NCBI GenBank assembly: GCA_964036045.1 | Contig: OZ038379.1 | Span: 13,206,001-13,270,000 of the forward strand | Direction of reading: 5' to 3' | Source of the DNA: Eutreptiella sp. 'Long Island Sound 2002' | Taxonomy: Eukaryota; Protista; Euglenida | DNA: 64,000 bases | Shown here: positions 21,202-32,968 of the stretch, piece by piece | How the letters are laid out: each line of letters starts with the position of its first letter | Position numbering within the stretch: the first letter of the stretch is position 1 | Notes under the pieces: generated by a model | What the model saw: only the letters and a program-made list of their open reading frames with translations | Databases searched by the model: none | Told to the model about the DNA's origin: nothing | Program-made: the position numbers and the translations under genes

Positions 21202-24200
21202 CTGGCGACGGGCGTCGCTGAGTATCCGCCCACCGGCGGAGGCTGAACATGACGTACCGTTGCTTGACGCATCCGCCCTCCGCCGATCGTGTGGAGGTGG
21301 GCGGTGGGGGTGGGCGGCCCTTCCGGGGCCGAACACGACCTACTGACTTACTCTTCATGTCAGGGGCAGGTCGCATCCACCGGGACCTATGACCACTGAG
21401 CTACGGGCGGCCTTTCGATAACCGACGGTGGGAGCTCCGTGGTCATGGGTGCACCCAACCGAACCAACTGGCTACCCGACCGACTGGCCAGCACCATGCG
21501 CTACTTGGGATTACCCTCCGCTATTTGGAGGGACTTGTGGTTACCCTCATCGTGGAGCGTGCTGCAGGGGCCGTAAACACGAGGATCGCCACCAGTGTCC
21601 GTTGCTCCGAAATGACTCACGGGTCGGCAAGCGCACTGCTGAGGTCCAGGCGTACCGGTGCACAGCAGTATTTTCACTTTTTTGTGGTGAAATGTAGTTC
21701 CCTGTGCAATGGTCCATTGTGAAGCAGCGACCATTACAGCGGCAGTCGTTGCGTGTATCGGGTGAGAGGCACCGGGGGGGGGGGGGCTTGCGAACCATCG
21801 CTTGAGTGCAAAGCCAATGCGGGAACGCATGGCAGTGCAACCTCGTTGTCTGCTTAAATGAGCAAAGACTGAGAATCAGTCAGATAACAGAAACACAAAT
21901 TGAGAAAGGAGTGATCAAAATTAAGTCGATAAACGGAACAAAGTGGAAAGTGGCGAAATTGACGCTATTACTTTTTGGGCTGACATTTGAAGTGCATACC
22001 TCTCGATCTCCGTAGAAATACCCCAGAATCACGACCCCCAGCCCCCGCCGTGCGAAGATGACGTTTTCGATGGCGCTGCCCTCGACGCTGATCAGAACAT
22101 CCAGACGGTGCAGCATCTCCACTTGCTCCTTCAGAGAGTGCTCGAACGTGACGGCGAACACGTTGTCGTTGGGAAATGCCTTCACGAGGGTCTGGTGAAT
22201 CTCGTCCTGCAGCACGGGTCCAAACACACCGTTACGGATTGAGCCTCAGGACAAGCAGTGGAAAGTGTTCGTGTCCACAGGGGCTGCGGCGCATGGTCAA
22301 GACCGCTCTGAGGGGCTCATGTGGCATTCGCTCGACGCTGAACACTTTTGACTTTTGAGCGAACACCAACGGGAAATGATGGCGCCAAAGGACAGTTGCG
22401 AAACCCCTTTCGAGGCAATCGTTCCTTGTTGTCACCAAACGACCACCTGCACCTCATCATCGGTTACCCACCACCCGCTGTCGGTTGCGCAACGACTTAT
22501 CGTCTGTTTTATGAAGGGCATGAGGTGTGACTAATGATTGTCCCGTTGCGGTTTGCATCAATGGACACGATGCCTGCAGGTCAGGGCTCGCACATGCGGG
22601 ACCATTGGGACCCGCTTGCACCCTTGTTGCCTGTCAGGGCATTCTTGACTCGAAAGCTCGCATCCCACACAAGGGGAGAGGCAGACGCGTATGTCATTGC
22701 ACATTTTGGTTTCTGTTTTGTTGGTGAACAAGTGGTCGGACAGCACACAGAGTTTCCGCCAACCGAGGGCAGCCCTGTCTCCCGGACGCCCGGACGGAAA
22801 ACACACTTGGGCAACAGAAGGAAAGCCCGGGGCAGGCCCCTCTCAGAGAACCCCCCCTTGAGGAATAATTCGGGTCGTCCGATCTGGTGCATTTTATCGT
22901 TTTGCCCCCCCAGCTGCCCCTGGAAAGGAATGAATGTGTTTGTGACATGTGTTACTATTCTCCGCAACGTGGAAGTGAATGGCATGGAACCCAAGGGACC
23001 CAACCCCAAAAACAAGGAAAACCACACGGACTCTGTGCCCCAATGTCTCATGGAGGTCAGGGCGGCTGCTGCCGGCACTGCCTCTTCTTCACATTGTACC
23101 GGGGGAGGGGGGGTGGTAAATGCCAATTTGGCGCCATTTCTTAAATACCACCCAAAGTTTTGGTACAAAATTCCCAGATTCTACACAAGCATAGACTGTG
23201 AATGGTGGTTGCTTTTTCCTGTAGGCCTTTGGTTGGCTGCTGCTGTTTCCTGGAGGCTTGGAGCCTGCGAAAGCGTCATTTGTGGAGCAAAATGCGCTCC
23301 CCAAGGGGAAAGTGCATGCCGAGAGCCCTGGCACCTTGAAAATGGCCGCGGACCTTAAAATACATGGCATAAATTGGCACACTTTTGTTGTGCCGAAATT
23401 TGCTGCTCCAAGTTTGGCCTGTTTCCCTGGTATTTGGAATTACCGACAGAAAGCTCGACAGGCTGCTTTGCTAATGACTGCCTCTCTGTCTTTTACGACT
23501 TCCCCAGGGACTCGATGACAGGAGGGCCGACATCCGACCCTCCGGACACACGTGTACCTGGTTCAGCAGCACCCGCTTGTACGACTCCGTCCGGAACCCG
23601 CTGGTCTGCTCGCTGGTGGGCCGCACGGCAAACCCGATCAACCGGCGCTTCGACGGGGGGAACTGTACGCCCCACGCCATGCTCGCCTCCACCGCGCGCC
23701 GGAAGCCCATCCACGCGGCCCTGCGGAACTCGTGCGTGGACGGGACCGAGTGGAAGCCGAGCCCCCCGACGCCCAAGAGCCCGTACTCCATTACGCATGT
23801 CGTGCCGGGCTTGCAGAACGGCGTGCGGGTCGTGTCCTCGTTCACCTGCGCAGCGGTGTCAAAGCACACGGAGCTCGACTGTGGCACGGGCACTCTTCCC
23901 AAATGCGTGTCCCGCAGTCCTTGGCTCAGGGCTTTCCTGAATGCCACGAGAGACTGCGGTACGCCGGGACCTCAACGGGGGGCAGCCGGCCAACCGGCGT
24001 CGGGTGCCCATCAATTGCCGTCGGTTAATCACCGACCGCCGTTTTGATTGCCGCTGGAGCAGCTTTGTGCGCAGAGGGGGCGGCATGAGGTACTGCACAG
24101 GTCACAGCCCTGCTGCAGTGATGTGGGACCAGCTGCCAACATACCACCGCCCGGCAACAGACTGCTGGGACCTGCAGGGCCTGAGGTGCCGAGAGATCGC

Positions 24201-26280
24201 TCAACCGGGGTCGGTTAACCGCCAACCGGCGGCAACCGGCGTCGGTTGCCCGTCAAGCGCCGTCGGTTGCCCATCAACTGACGTACGGTTCACCGCCCCC
24301 CAGCTTCGGTTGACCGTTGGCTGCCATCGGTTGCAGCAGAGGCTGTCCTCCGTGGAGAGAAGAAGAAGATCTCACCCCCGAAATCCATGGGATTGCTCAG
24401 GTACACACAATGGGGCAGAGCTGGTTGCGATTGGGACTGCCTCCTCACCCGAAAGCACTGCCCGTCTAACGCCTCGCGCTTTGGCGGGGCATACAGCGCG
24501 ACGCCATCCCACCGCACCGCACCGCGCCATGCCCCACACACTGTACACACCTGGGCAATCGGGTCGTGGTCACATATGAGCTGGAAGCGGTCCGCGAAGT
24601 CGCCCAAGTATGCTACGCCCTTCCAGCCCTCCTTGAAATGCTTCGGCCCGTCCATGAAAACAGGTTTGCAGTCACGTGTGACCATGTTGTGGAGGTGCAT
24701 GAGGAGGTACGCCGGCCCCACGTGCATCCCAAGCATGTGCCCGTGGTGCTTGAAGTTCATGTCGCGCGTCATGAGCAAATGCACACCGGACTTTTCCGTC
24801 ACCACCCCCTTCAGCTCGGAGTAAGGCAGCACTCGGGGCTGCCATGACTTGACGGAGCAGAAATCACCCTTGCAGAGGATGTGCGCACCGGTGGAGAAGG
24901 TTGAGGATGATTTGGAGGGCTGGAGTCGGTTGGGATGCTGAACGGGGTGATTTTGAGCCCATTCTTGGCCACCAGGTGACACCCACAATGTGCAATCATG
25001 CTCAAGTTTGGGGGGGGGGGGGATCCTTGAGGAAGGGCCATGAAGCAACGGGTTCGGAGCTTGCATCCCCCTCCCCCCGTGTCACAGGCATATGGTCATC
25101 GCCACAACTCTCTCTCCGTGCATTGTTCTGCCTTGCTGCACCGCAGCGCAAACCAAACCAGTGCCAAAGGTTGCCTTGAGTTCACCACACGAGGTCCTTG
25201 AGGGAGGGGGGGGGAAGCGTTAGGGCGCTTGAGTCCTCCCAAATTTGGGAGAGAGGCTCCCGTGACCGAAGGCATGTTTTGCTCCAGAAAACTGCTGTTT
25301 TGAAACCAGCAGTGGCTCGAAATCGCGCCGCAAAGCGGTCCAGACCGACCGCTTGGATAAAAATCTTCTGTCATGATGCATGCACAATATTGATCAGTGC
25401 ATCATGGGGATCATGGTGACTCATGTGCCCCCCCCCCCCTTTCCTGTGACCGACATACTCACTCAGCCTTGATCGCAACTGTTGTGAGGCAGACATGTAT
25501 TCAAAGGGTGATAATGTCTGGTACCATGCCCGGATGCTTGGTGACAAGGTTGTGGGGAGTGTTGTTGGTCCTCACCTTCTGGACTTCAGCTTCTGGACAT
25601 TCAACATCCCAATGGCTGCACCGTACCTCCAAAAGCTGCCCCAAATGAAACTACCAAACAAGCAGCAGGCCGCTGCGTACATGTTTTTACATGTAATCCA
25701 CGTACCCAAAAGAGTGGGGAAAAAAGCCCGCCGCGCACAAGCAGGCAAGTGTGCCGGAGAGGCCCGCGGCCGCTTGCAACTGATTGGTGAGACAGGCCGG
25801 TGGGGCATCATGCCGACGGCTGCAAAGAGGTGCAGCTCACAGCGCCGGAGAAGGTTGGGGAGGGCGGCAGACCTGTGAGCACGTCTCAAGGGGCGGCGTG
25901 AAAACGCGCCCCAGGACCTCCGCCGGGTTCCCCTTCACATACATGGTCCACTCGCCGTCCACGACGTAGAGGTTGCGGATGACGCATGACTTCATATTGC
26001 GGATCGACAGGCGGTCCACCATCATCGCATTGTAGCCCGAGGCCTTCAGGCTGGCCCAATCCGTGTCCCAACTCGGGGCCATCTTGCACTCCACCGTCGA
26101 CGGAGGATGCTGCTGCCGCAGCACAGCTCCCAGGACGGACACCAGCATCTGCTCCGCGTCGGCGATGTCGCCAGCCGACTTCCCGGACTTCTTACTGCTC
26201 CAAGTGACCACTCCGATGAGCAGCAACGTCATGGCAATCACCAATGGGCCGAGCTTGGGCAGCCATTGCGTCAGTCCCAT
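20857..26280 (-). CDS. Glycosyltransferase family 61 (DUF563) type-II membrane protein, 5 exons, about 540-585 aa
   Basis: Exons 26280-25873, 24919-24551, 23845-23558, 22206-22000 and 21201 (or 21339)-20857 join in frame via phase-0 GT-AG introns. N-terminal TM LVIAMTLLLIGVVTW; GT61 signature RVLLNQDE..L...FP...V..VTFE.SLKEQV....RLDVLISVEGSAIENVIF. Confidence 0.88.
21375..21408 (-). pseudogene. tRNA 5'-half / A-box fragment (SINE-head-like)
   Basis: Minus strand GCCCGTAGCTCAGTGGTC; no B box follows. Confidence 0.35.
22000..22206 (-). CDS. GT61 exon 4 (core signature)
   Basis: ctgcag|GAC ... GAG|GTATGC; 207 nt. Confidence 0.9.
23558..23845 (-). CDS. GT61 exon 3
   Basis: gcgcag|GTG ... CAG|GTACAC; 288 nt; ends KRVLLNQ. 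Confidence 0.85.
23985..24330. repeat. Intronic palindromic mini-repeat family (CAACCG-N4-CGGTTG)
   Basis: aaccggcgtcggttgccc variants at ~23991, 24234, 24250; CGGTTAACCG at 24212. Confidence 0.7.
24551..24919 (-). CDS. GT61 exon 2
   Basis: ctccag|CCC ... CAG|GTGTGT; 369 nt; contains NFKHHGHMLGMHVGPAYLL. Confidence 0.8.
25873..26280 (-). CDS. GT61 exon 1 (TM anchor)
   Basis: ATG at 26280; donor CAG|GTCTGC. Confidence 0.8.
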
Positions 26281-28041
26281 GGCCAAAGTGAGAGTGCGCA
26301 ACGCAGCACAAAGCAGGTGTCTGCACAGAGTCACGAGACAAATAGCGCGAGCCAGAAACCCCAGTGCACGTGTGTGGGAGGGGCAGAGGGGGGCATCCAC
26401 GAAGAGAACCTGGTCTGCAGACAGGACCCTGAAATTGAGAGTGTCCAAACTTTCCTATGCAATCTAAATGTTCGGACTCTTTCTTTCTTTTTTATCAAAA
26501 TAGGCCAAATGAGAAAGTGCCAGGGCCTCGAGGGCAAGTTCGTGTCTGACATAAATACAGCAGTGATGGATATAACTGGGGGGGGGGGGGGCTTCGGCCC
26601 AAACCCCCCCACCCCCCCCTGGTCACAAAAAAAGTGACCTAAAACCGGTCGTTTTGGGCAGCCCTCAGCCCGTACATGCACATGGGAGGGGGGATGCAAC
26701 AACACACAGGACAAGCACAGAGCCCTGTGGATGCAACATTGCCAATGCCATTCAATGCCATTCAATAACATTGACTGTCATCACTCAGTGACAATATTGT
26801 CTTGCTCGCTGCACCTACCACTTCTTGTCGTGTCATTATCACTGTCACTATCGCAGCCACTGCCACTGGATGAACCTGTTCTAATTGATGCAAAGGAGGA
26901 CACGGAGGCAAAAAAGACAAAAGGGCCTGCGTACAAATACCAGCAGTCACAATAAATTTGCAATGCAAGTAGACACAGCCACAGCAAATTTGCAGTACAG
27001 GCAGGCACAGGAGACATTCTACTGGAGACACCTTATTTGGTATCAATATTTTTGGGGTTTGCACTTTCCCACTATGGCCCTTTAGTTTTTTTGTGACCAG
27101 TCAGAAAAAATCCCCCCCCCCCACAGACCCGGACCTCCCAAGTGGTGCCAAAATTATATCCATCACTGAAATACAGATTTCGGCAGTGCAGGTTCTCGGG
27201 TTTGCATACGAGGCGCAGCTCTTGGCTGGACCCCCATGGGTTCCCGTAGGGTCATGGCGTCGTTGCTAGATCACACATATGTGGTGTGTTGGGTGGCTGT
27301 CTACGTTGGTGGTCTGGTCTAGTACAGTCGCGTCGCACATAATGAGATGGCATATGTCCTGATCCGTGGAGCAGGATTTCCTTCTCCGTTGGGTCCCACT
27401 GTATTTTGCGTCGCTTGGGTAGTGGTTGTAATGGGATTTCCCACAAAATGGGGTCCCATATTTCCCTGGGTCTTTTGCGTTGAAGTCTTTTGCGTTGAAG
27501 TACTGTTGTTGTCGCATTGGTCGCTTTCTGTGTCATGTAGGTCGTGCAGTGCCTGTTACCTTGAAAGGGGGCGTCACCTTGAAAGGGGGCGAGGGGGATG
27601 GATGACCGCAACGAAACTCACTAAGGCTTGCTGAAAAGCACTGTCCCTGTCAAGTCCCAAAAGGGTCCATAAAAAGCTGTTTTTGGAAGAGACGCATTTG
27701 TGGGATGTGTTCTGCAAAAGGTGCTGGTGATGTATCAGGGGAATCAGAGAAATTTCTTGCATGTCCTAGAATCCCTCATTATCTGTGGGAGCAAACCTGC
27801 ACACCGTGCGCGTTCCAGGGCAAAATCAGAGGTAGTTAAGGAAATCCAAAGATTTTGTGAAGATTCTTGTGCATCCATAGACTAGCGCACCCCCAAACAT
27901 GAACCAACATGATTTGCTCCAAATTTTGTTGAGGGCATGGTTGGGGCTGCCCTCCATGGCACTCCACTGCCATGGAGTGCCACATGGCAATGGCACTCCA
28001 AGCCACTGCCATGTCACTTCACATGGGGATACTAGCTAGTC

Positions 28042-28112
28042 GGGCTATGCCGGGGTTGAACTCAGGACCTCTCATCTCCAAAGCAGGGAGAAATCAAATT
28101 GGCTGCACAACC
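28042..28112 (-). pseudogene. Degenerate tRNA-Pro(TGG)-like sequence
   Basis: GGTTGTG...TGATTTCTCCCTGCTTTGGAGATGAGAGGTCCTGAGTTCAACCCCGGCATAGCCC matches the eukaryotic tRNA-Pro 3' half; acceptor stem still pairs, D arm degraded. Confidence 0.6.
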
Positions 28113-31100
28113 CCTGCTCCTTATGGTCCCCAAAGTGGGGAGGAATTGAAATAGCTTCGTTGCATTGTGAATATACTGGTTGTCGGGTGATTCCCATCAC
28201 TGCAATCCGGTATCAACCTACAACTATGAAAACGGTGCACAGTGCACCTTTCGCCCCTCTTGTCTTGCTGTTCCCACTCCTCTGCCCCAACACATTGGCA
28301 TGATTGCCTACATCTGCAATACATCAACACAGTTACTGCATGATCGCATTTGTAATTTCATGTCGAACGATGGCGAAGATTAGGATGTGGGAAGCGGATG
28401 TAGCTGAGGTCAGAATATGATGGAGGCACCGATTTGTTGGTGGTTATGTCTGAGGGCAGGGCATGGGTAGATATGGGTGAAGTTGTGGCATGGGTTGTGG
28501 CATGGGTTGTAGCGTGGCTGAGGATAGGGTGGTGGTGGACGTGGATGAAATCAGAATAAAGGAGGTTCTGTATTAGGGCATGGGTGGTGGATTTGGATGT
28601 GGTCATGGCGTGGATGCGTGCAGGTTAAGGCATGGCTGCTGGATATGGTTGTGGTCAGGGCTTGGGCTGAGGGCTAGGGATGGGTTACTCTCAAGGCAGT
28701 GTAGAATGATTTCCGGTAGGGATGATAGTAAAGGTTGAAAGTTCGGTTCGACAAAAAAAGAACGGTCGAACATTAGCCTGGTTTGGCGATCCATGTGAAA
28801 ACGAGTGCTATTCCACAGGTCATTCAGCAGATTGGGATACAAGAGCCGCAGAACAAGATGAAGGGAATCGGAGTGGGTGGCACTGGGGGTGGGGTAGCAA
28901 TGGCCCACTTTGCCAGAGCCTACCCACATTGGGCAGAGACTCGTTGGACCCCCTGCCAAAAAGCCTCCCATCCGACCAGCCCCCTGTCGTGTGTGGTGAC
29001 GATGATAGCACAGCAGGACAGAGCAGATGCCCTCCACAAGAGAAAGGGGCTTATCAAGGGCCCAAAAGACCCGAGGCGCCTTTCATCCACCCCCCATACA
29101 AGCAAGGCATGCATGCATACCCCCTGCCCCCGAGAGCACCCGTCATGCATGTGATGCATGCCGGGGTACCCACATGCCTTCAGTTGGCTGCCCAACCCAT
29201 GTGTACTTACCACATGCAAAAACAACATATATAAGATATATAACGATTCCAAAATGGTCCTGACCCAAAACGTTGGTGGCTGAAGCTGAGGCATCGGGCC
29301 ATCCCCCACTCTACGTGGGAGAAATGCAGATTGCTGTCGAAAAAAGAGTGTGGTGTGCGTCGGCAGTTGTCTGCTTGCCAAAAGTTGTTTCTCCCTCACT
29401 GGGCCAGAGGTTCGACATTCGAGGGATGAAGCGTCCCAGGCTTGTTAAGGATGACATGCTTCAAAGGTCAGAAAGACAGAGGGCTAGAGATTGTTGAATT
29501 TGTATTGTGGCTTCTGTGGGTCAGTTGCCCTCAGCGATCATATGTGGCGGCTGTTGTCACTTCACCTCGCCACGCTGCGATTCATGGCTCGTGGCGGGGC
29601 AGGGCAGGAGACGAATTGGTGCCATGGCCCATACGCTGAAGCCCTCTTCTTAGCCATGGAGGGTGGGGACTGGAGGTGAAAAAAACATCCACCTACTTTG
29701 GCCTGAGGCACAGCCCTGGGCATTACCCCATCGCTTGAGCCATCGTTCAGGGGGGCTCTGCCAAGGAGTCACCCACACACTGCAGAAAAGCTTCTTGCAG
29801 TGCCTGTGGTGCCAGAGCCAGCTCCTACCCACAGACCTAACTCCTCATTCTTGACCTACCCTGGGGCAGAACATCCCCAACTTAAAGGGGCAACCACTTC
29901 CGCACCCCCCCCAACCCCACCTTCATGGAGCGTACACCCTCACTCCTGTGGGGAGTATGCTCCACTAAGAAATGGCCGGGGGGGGGGGGGGGGGGTTGGC
30001 CAGGTCGGGTCCAACCCGTGCAGCTTCGGCAGGGAGGTTCAAAATTTTTTGGGTTTGGGGGGCATTTTTGAAATATCTGTTCTATTCTGAAAAACATGGG
30101 GGGGAATGGGGGGAAGGGCGATTCTGTGCCCGGTCCACCAAGGCCATGAGAGCGGGACAGTTGTCCCGCTACTAACAAATGCTGCTTCTGCCCCTTGGCA
30201 TTCCTCCCATGCTGGCACCGGCATGCTCTGCACAGAGTCTTTCCCCACTTGTCTCCTTGGGCCTCGTGTTTTCAAGTGCAGCCTGGGCTGGAAACCTTTC
30301 CCCCTTGGTCCTCGCATGCCCCTCTCGGTCCAGAGGACTTTCCGGGATGATGTACCTCACCCATCCCAGACCGGACGTCGCCTTTTGGCTGGTCACCGTC
30401 CTGTGACAAGTGGGAGCTCCGGCATCCACCTTCATTCATCCAGAGAGTGCATGGCTTCTCTGCCTGGGGGCATTGTCTTGCTGGTGGGGAGAGGGGGGAG
30501 GTTGGGTGTCCCCAAGGGGGTCCGGCCTGCCACATAAGCCCCCCCTCCCTCTGGAAACGGCCTGATATAGCCATCGGTCTATAAGCCTTTCAGAGTTCCC
30601 GTGCCCTCTCACAACGAGTGGGTGGGTTTGCCGGAACAGGCGGATGGGTGGGGTGGGTGCACCGTGGGAGAGGGGCTCAAATTAGTTTGCCAGGGCGGTT
30701 ACTGGTGGTCAGAAAAGCGGTTGGGCGCCAACATGTGGTGGTCACAAAACGATTTGCTGACCCTTGGGGTAAATAGCAGCATTCGGGGTGGAAAAAACGA
30801 TCATGCCGAAGGGGGAGGGGGGAATTCCTCCCCCCTTCAAACGCATGCCTGGGGTTGGGTACAGGCACGATCCATCAGCCCCCCGAAAACCGCACACACG
30901 CACCTGCGCGCGTACAGACACACGGCGTGAGGTGTACACACACATATGCATGCACACGATAATCGCTACGAGCAAACACGGCTGAGATGTTGTACCAATG
31001 AGATCTGGCAGCGCGCGCATGTGTGCGCGTGCGTGTAGAATGCTGTTGCACACTGTGGGTGGTACTGAACTTTACTGTGCCTTTCCTCCTACAGAAAGGC

Positions 31101-32569
31101 ACATGGTCTTTCTGACTGTTTGTTCGGCCTGATGAGATGCTGAACGAGCCAGCGTCCCACCTGTGCACATTACCTTTCGGTAATAGCGCCTTCGGCACAC
31201 ACACACATACACACACATGCACGCGTGCGCGCACACACACAAGGCTGGCGTAAAATCATGCACCCCTTGGTGTCACATACCACAGCCCCCCCTTCACCCA
31301 CCCACCCACCCACCCACCCACCGTGGTGCTTATTGGCCTTTGCGGCAAAACCGCCGCACGGCGAACGCCAACACAACGCCGATAAGGGACCCGAGGATTA
31401 GGCGTTGGCCAAGAGATTGCACAGGACAAAATGGCAGACTGCTGCATGCCCATCCAGGTTCCTTGGGCTTCTGTACAGGTTGGGCCTCTGGCACAGCTGC
31501 ACCCTTGTGTCGTCGAACTGCGCTCACATTGAATGGCAATGCCATGGAAGCCCATTGCTCGCTTTGCACAGTGACAGTACACCCGCACTTTTGTGTCTGC
31601 AAGGGCCAGACATCGGTACCCTACAAACCAACATATACTTAAGACCACCAATCAATCCTTGACTACCACCCAGGCCCCCTGTCAGGACAGTCTCAAGCCT
31701 TACAATGTAGTCATGGTGGGGTTCTCACACTTCTCACCCACTTTGCGGAACTCCATGACTTGACCCACTTCCCAGCGCTTGTGCTTGAAAAGGCACTTCT
31801 GGAGCACCCCCTACAAAGAATGGACAGATAGAAGGCCTCTGCCTACAAGGCAATGGACACGCGTGCTGGAGATTTACTTAGAACTAGGGCACAGTCTCGG
31901 CAAGAACTTGTAGCAGATACCACCAGAAAATGGAGAGAACCCCCTCCTCCCAGATCAGGGAAAATTTTCCACTGAGTCGGGCCAATGACTCGCCACAATT
32001 TCAGGAAATTCAGAGAATTCAGGTTCTAGGTTGGGCATTAGGTCTTGGGCACTGCAAGGCCTCCTGGGGCAAGCTCACATGCAAACAGTGCTGCTCAAGT
32101 GTGAAAGGTGACGAATTGTTGCCCACAAATGGTGTCTGTGGTGACACTGCCCAAGTGGGAATACGCTTGTTCACATCACCATCAGTCATTGCAAGCAAAT
32201 ACCCAATCTACGAATCATGTGACATCAAGCGCCATCAGGGGTCAATGAGCCTATCATGATACCAATTGAGCCCTCAGCAACAAACACTAATTGACTACAA
32301 GACTACCCTTTAGTTGAAGTGCACAATGCCACTAGAATGTTTCCTCTTGAACATTACACTAAGGGACCTGCCCAGAAAATGCGAAAAACGATGCGAGAAA
32401 TGCGAAAAGATGCGGACCGCATCTCCCCCCAGCATTCCAGTGCCATAGTTGCCTTGCTTCAGGCGATAAAGAATCTCCGGATGTGGACACGCAGTCACGT
32501 GAGCCTCCCATTTGTCAAGTTGTTTCAGATGGGGATTGTGGGTTTCCTTATCAGCGGCCCGAACACCTA

Positions 32570-32700
32570 AACACCTGCTTGTGTGTTGGGGGGGGGGGGG
32601 GGTGCCATAAAAGCTCAGTAAGTGTGAATGTGCCCGTTGCTGCTTCTGTGTGTGCGTACTCGTCAGGTTGTCAAGAGGAAATTATCTACATTGGTTTCTT
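32570..32700 (+). repeat. Dispersed repeat, copy 1 (copy 2 at ~45893-46010)
   Basis: (G)n-TGCCATAAARGCTCAGTARGTGTG ... TCAAGAGGAAATTRTCTAMATTG in both copies. Confidence 0.7.
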
Positions 32701-32758
32701 TGGGGGGGGGGGGTGTTAAAGAGGCAACCCCACTAGACTGCTGACTTGCTTTTACGGT

Positions 32759-32968
32759 TTATGACTTTGCAGTTTGCAACTCTCCCCCCAATCCCCCTGG
32801 GATGACCATCCCGTTCTCGACAACAAGGCACACCTTTTCCACCAAAGACATATTTGTCTCGTAGTTCACCGTCCAATCACACTCTTCGACCCATTTGCAG
32901 CGGCCCTCAGCATCTGTGCACTTCTCGTTGAAAACCCATTGCCGGAATGCGTCCCTCAGGGATGTGCC
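32759..32968 (-). CDS. PAE last exon (GTSLRDAFRQW...)
   Basis: atgcag|GGC to the stop at 32759; 210 nt. Confidence 0.85.
   Translation of the reverse strand, partial: GTSLRDAFRQWVFNEKCTDAEGRCKWVEECDWTVNYETNMSLVEKVCLVVENGMVIPGGLGGELQTAKS

Noticed and set aside
22534-23358. 274-aa plus-strand ORF
   Set aside because: Lies in GT61 intron 3, built from repeat and low-complexity sequence, no recognisable domain
20620-24824. Plus-strand ORFs 20620..21246, 23374..23940, 23552..24028, 24387..24824
   Set aside because: Antisense shadows of the GC3-rich GT61 exons
31085-31160. Hammerhead ribozyme (CTGATGA cores at ~31130 and ~13460)
   Set aside because: No correctly placed stem II-GAAA-stem III-UH arrangement
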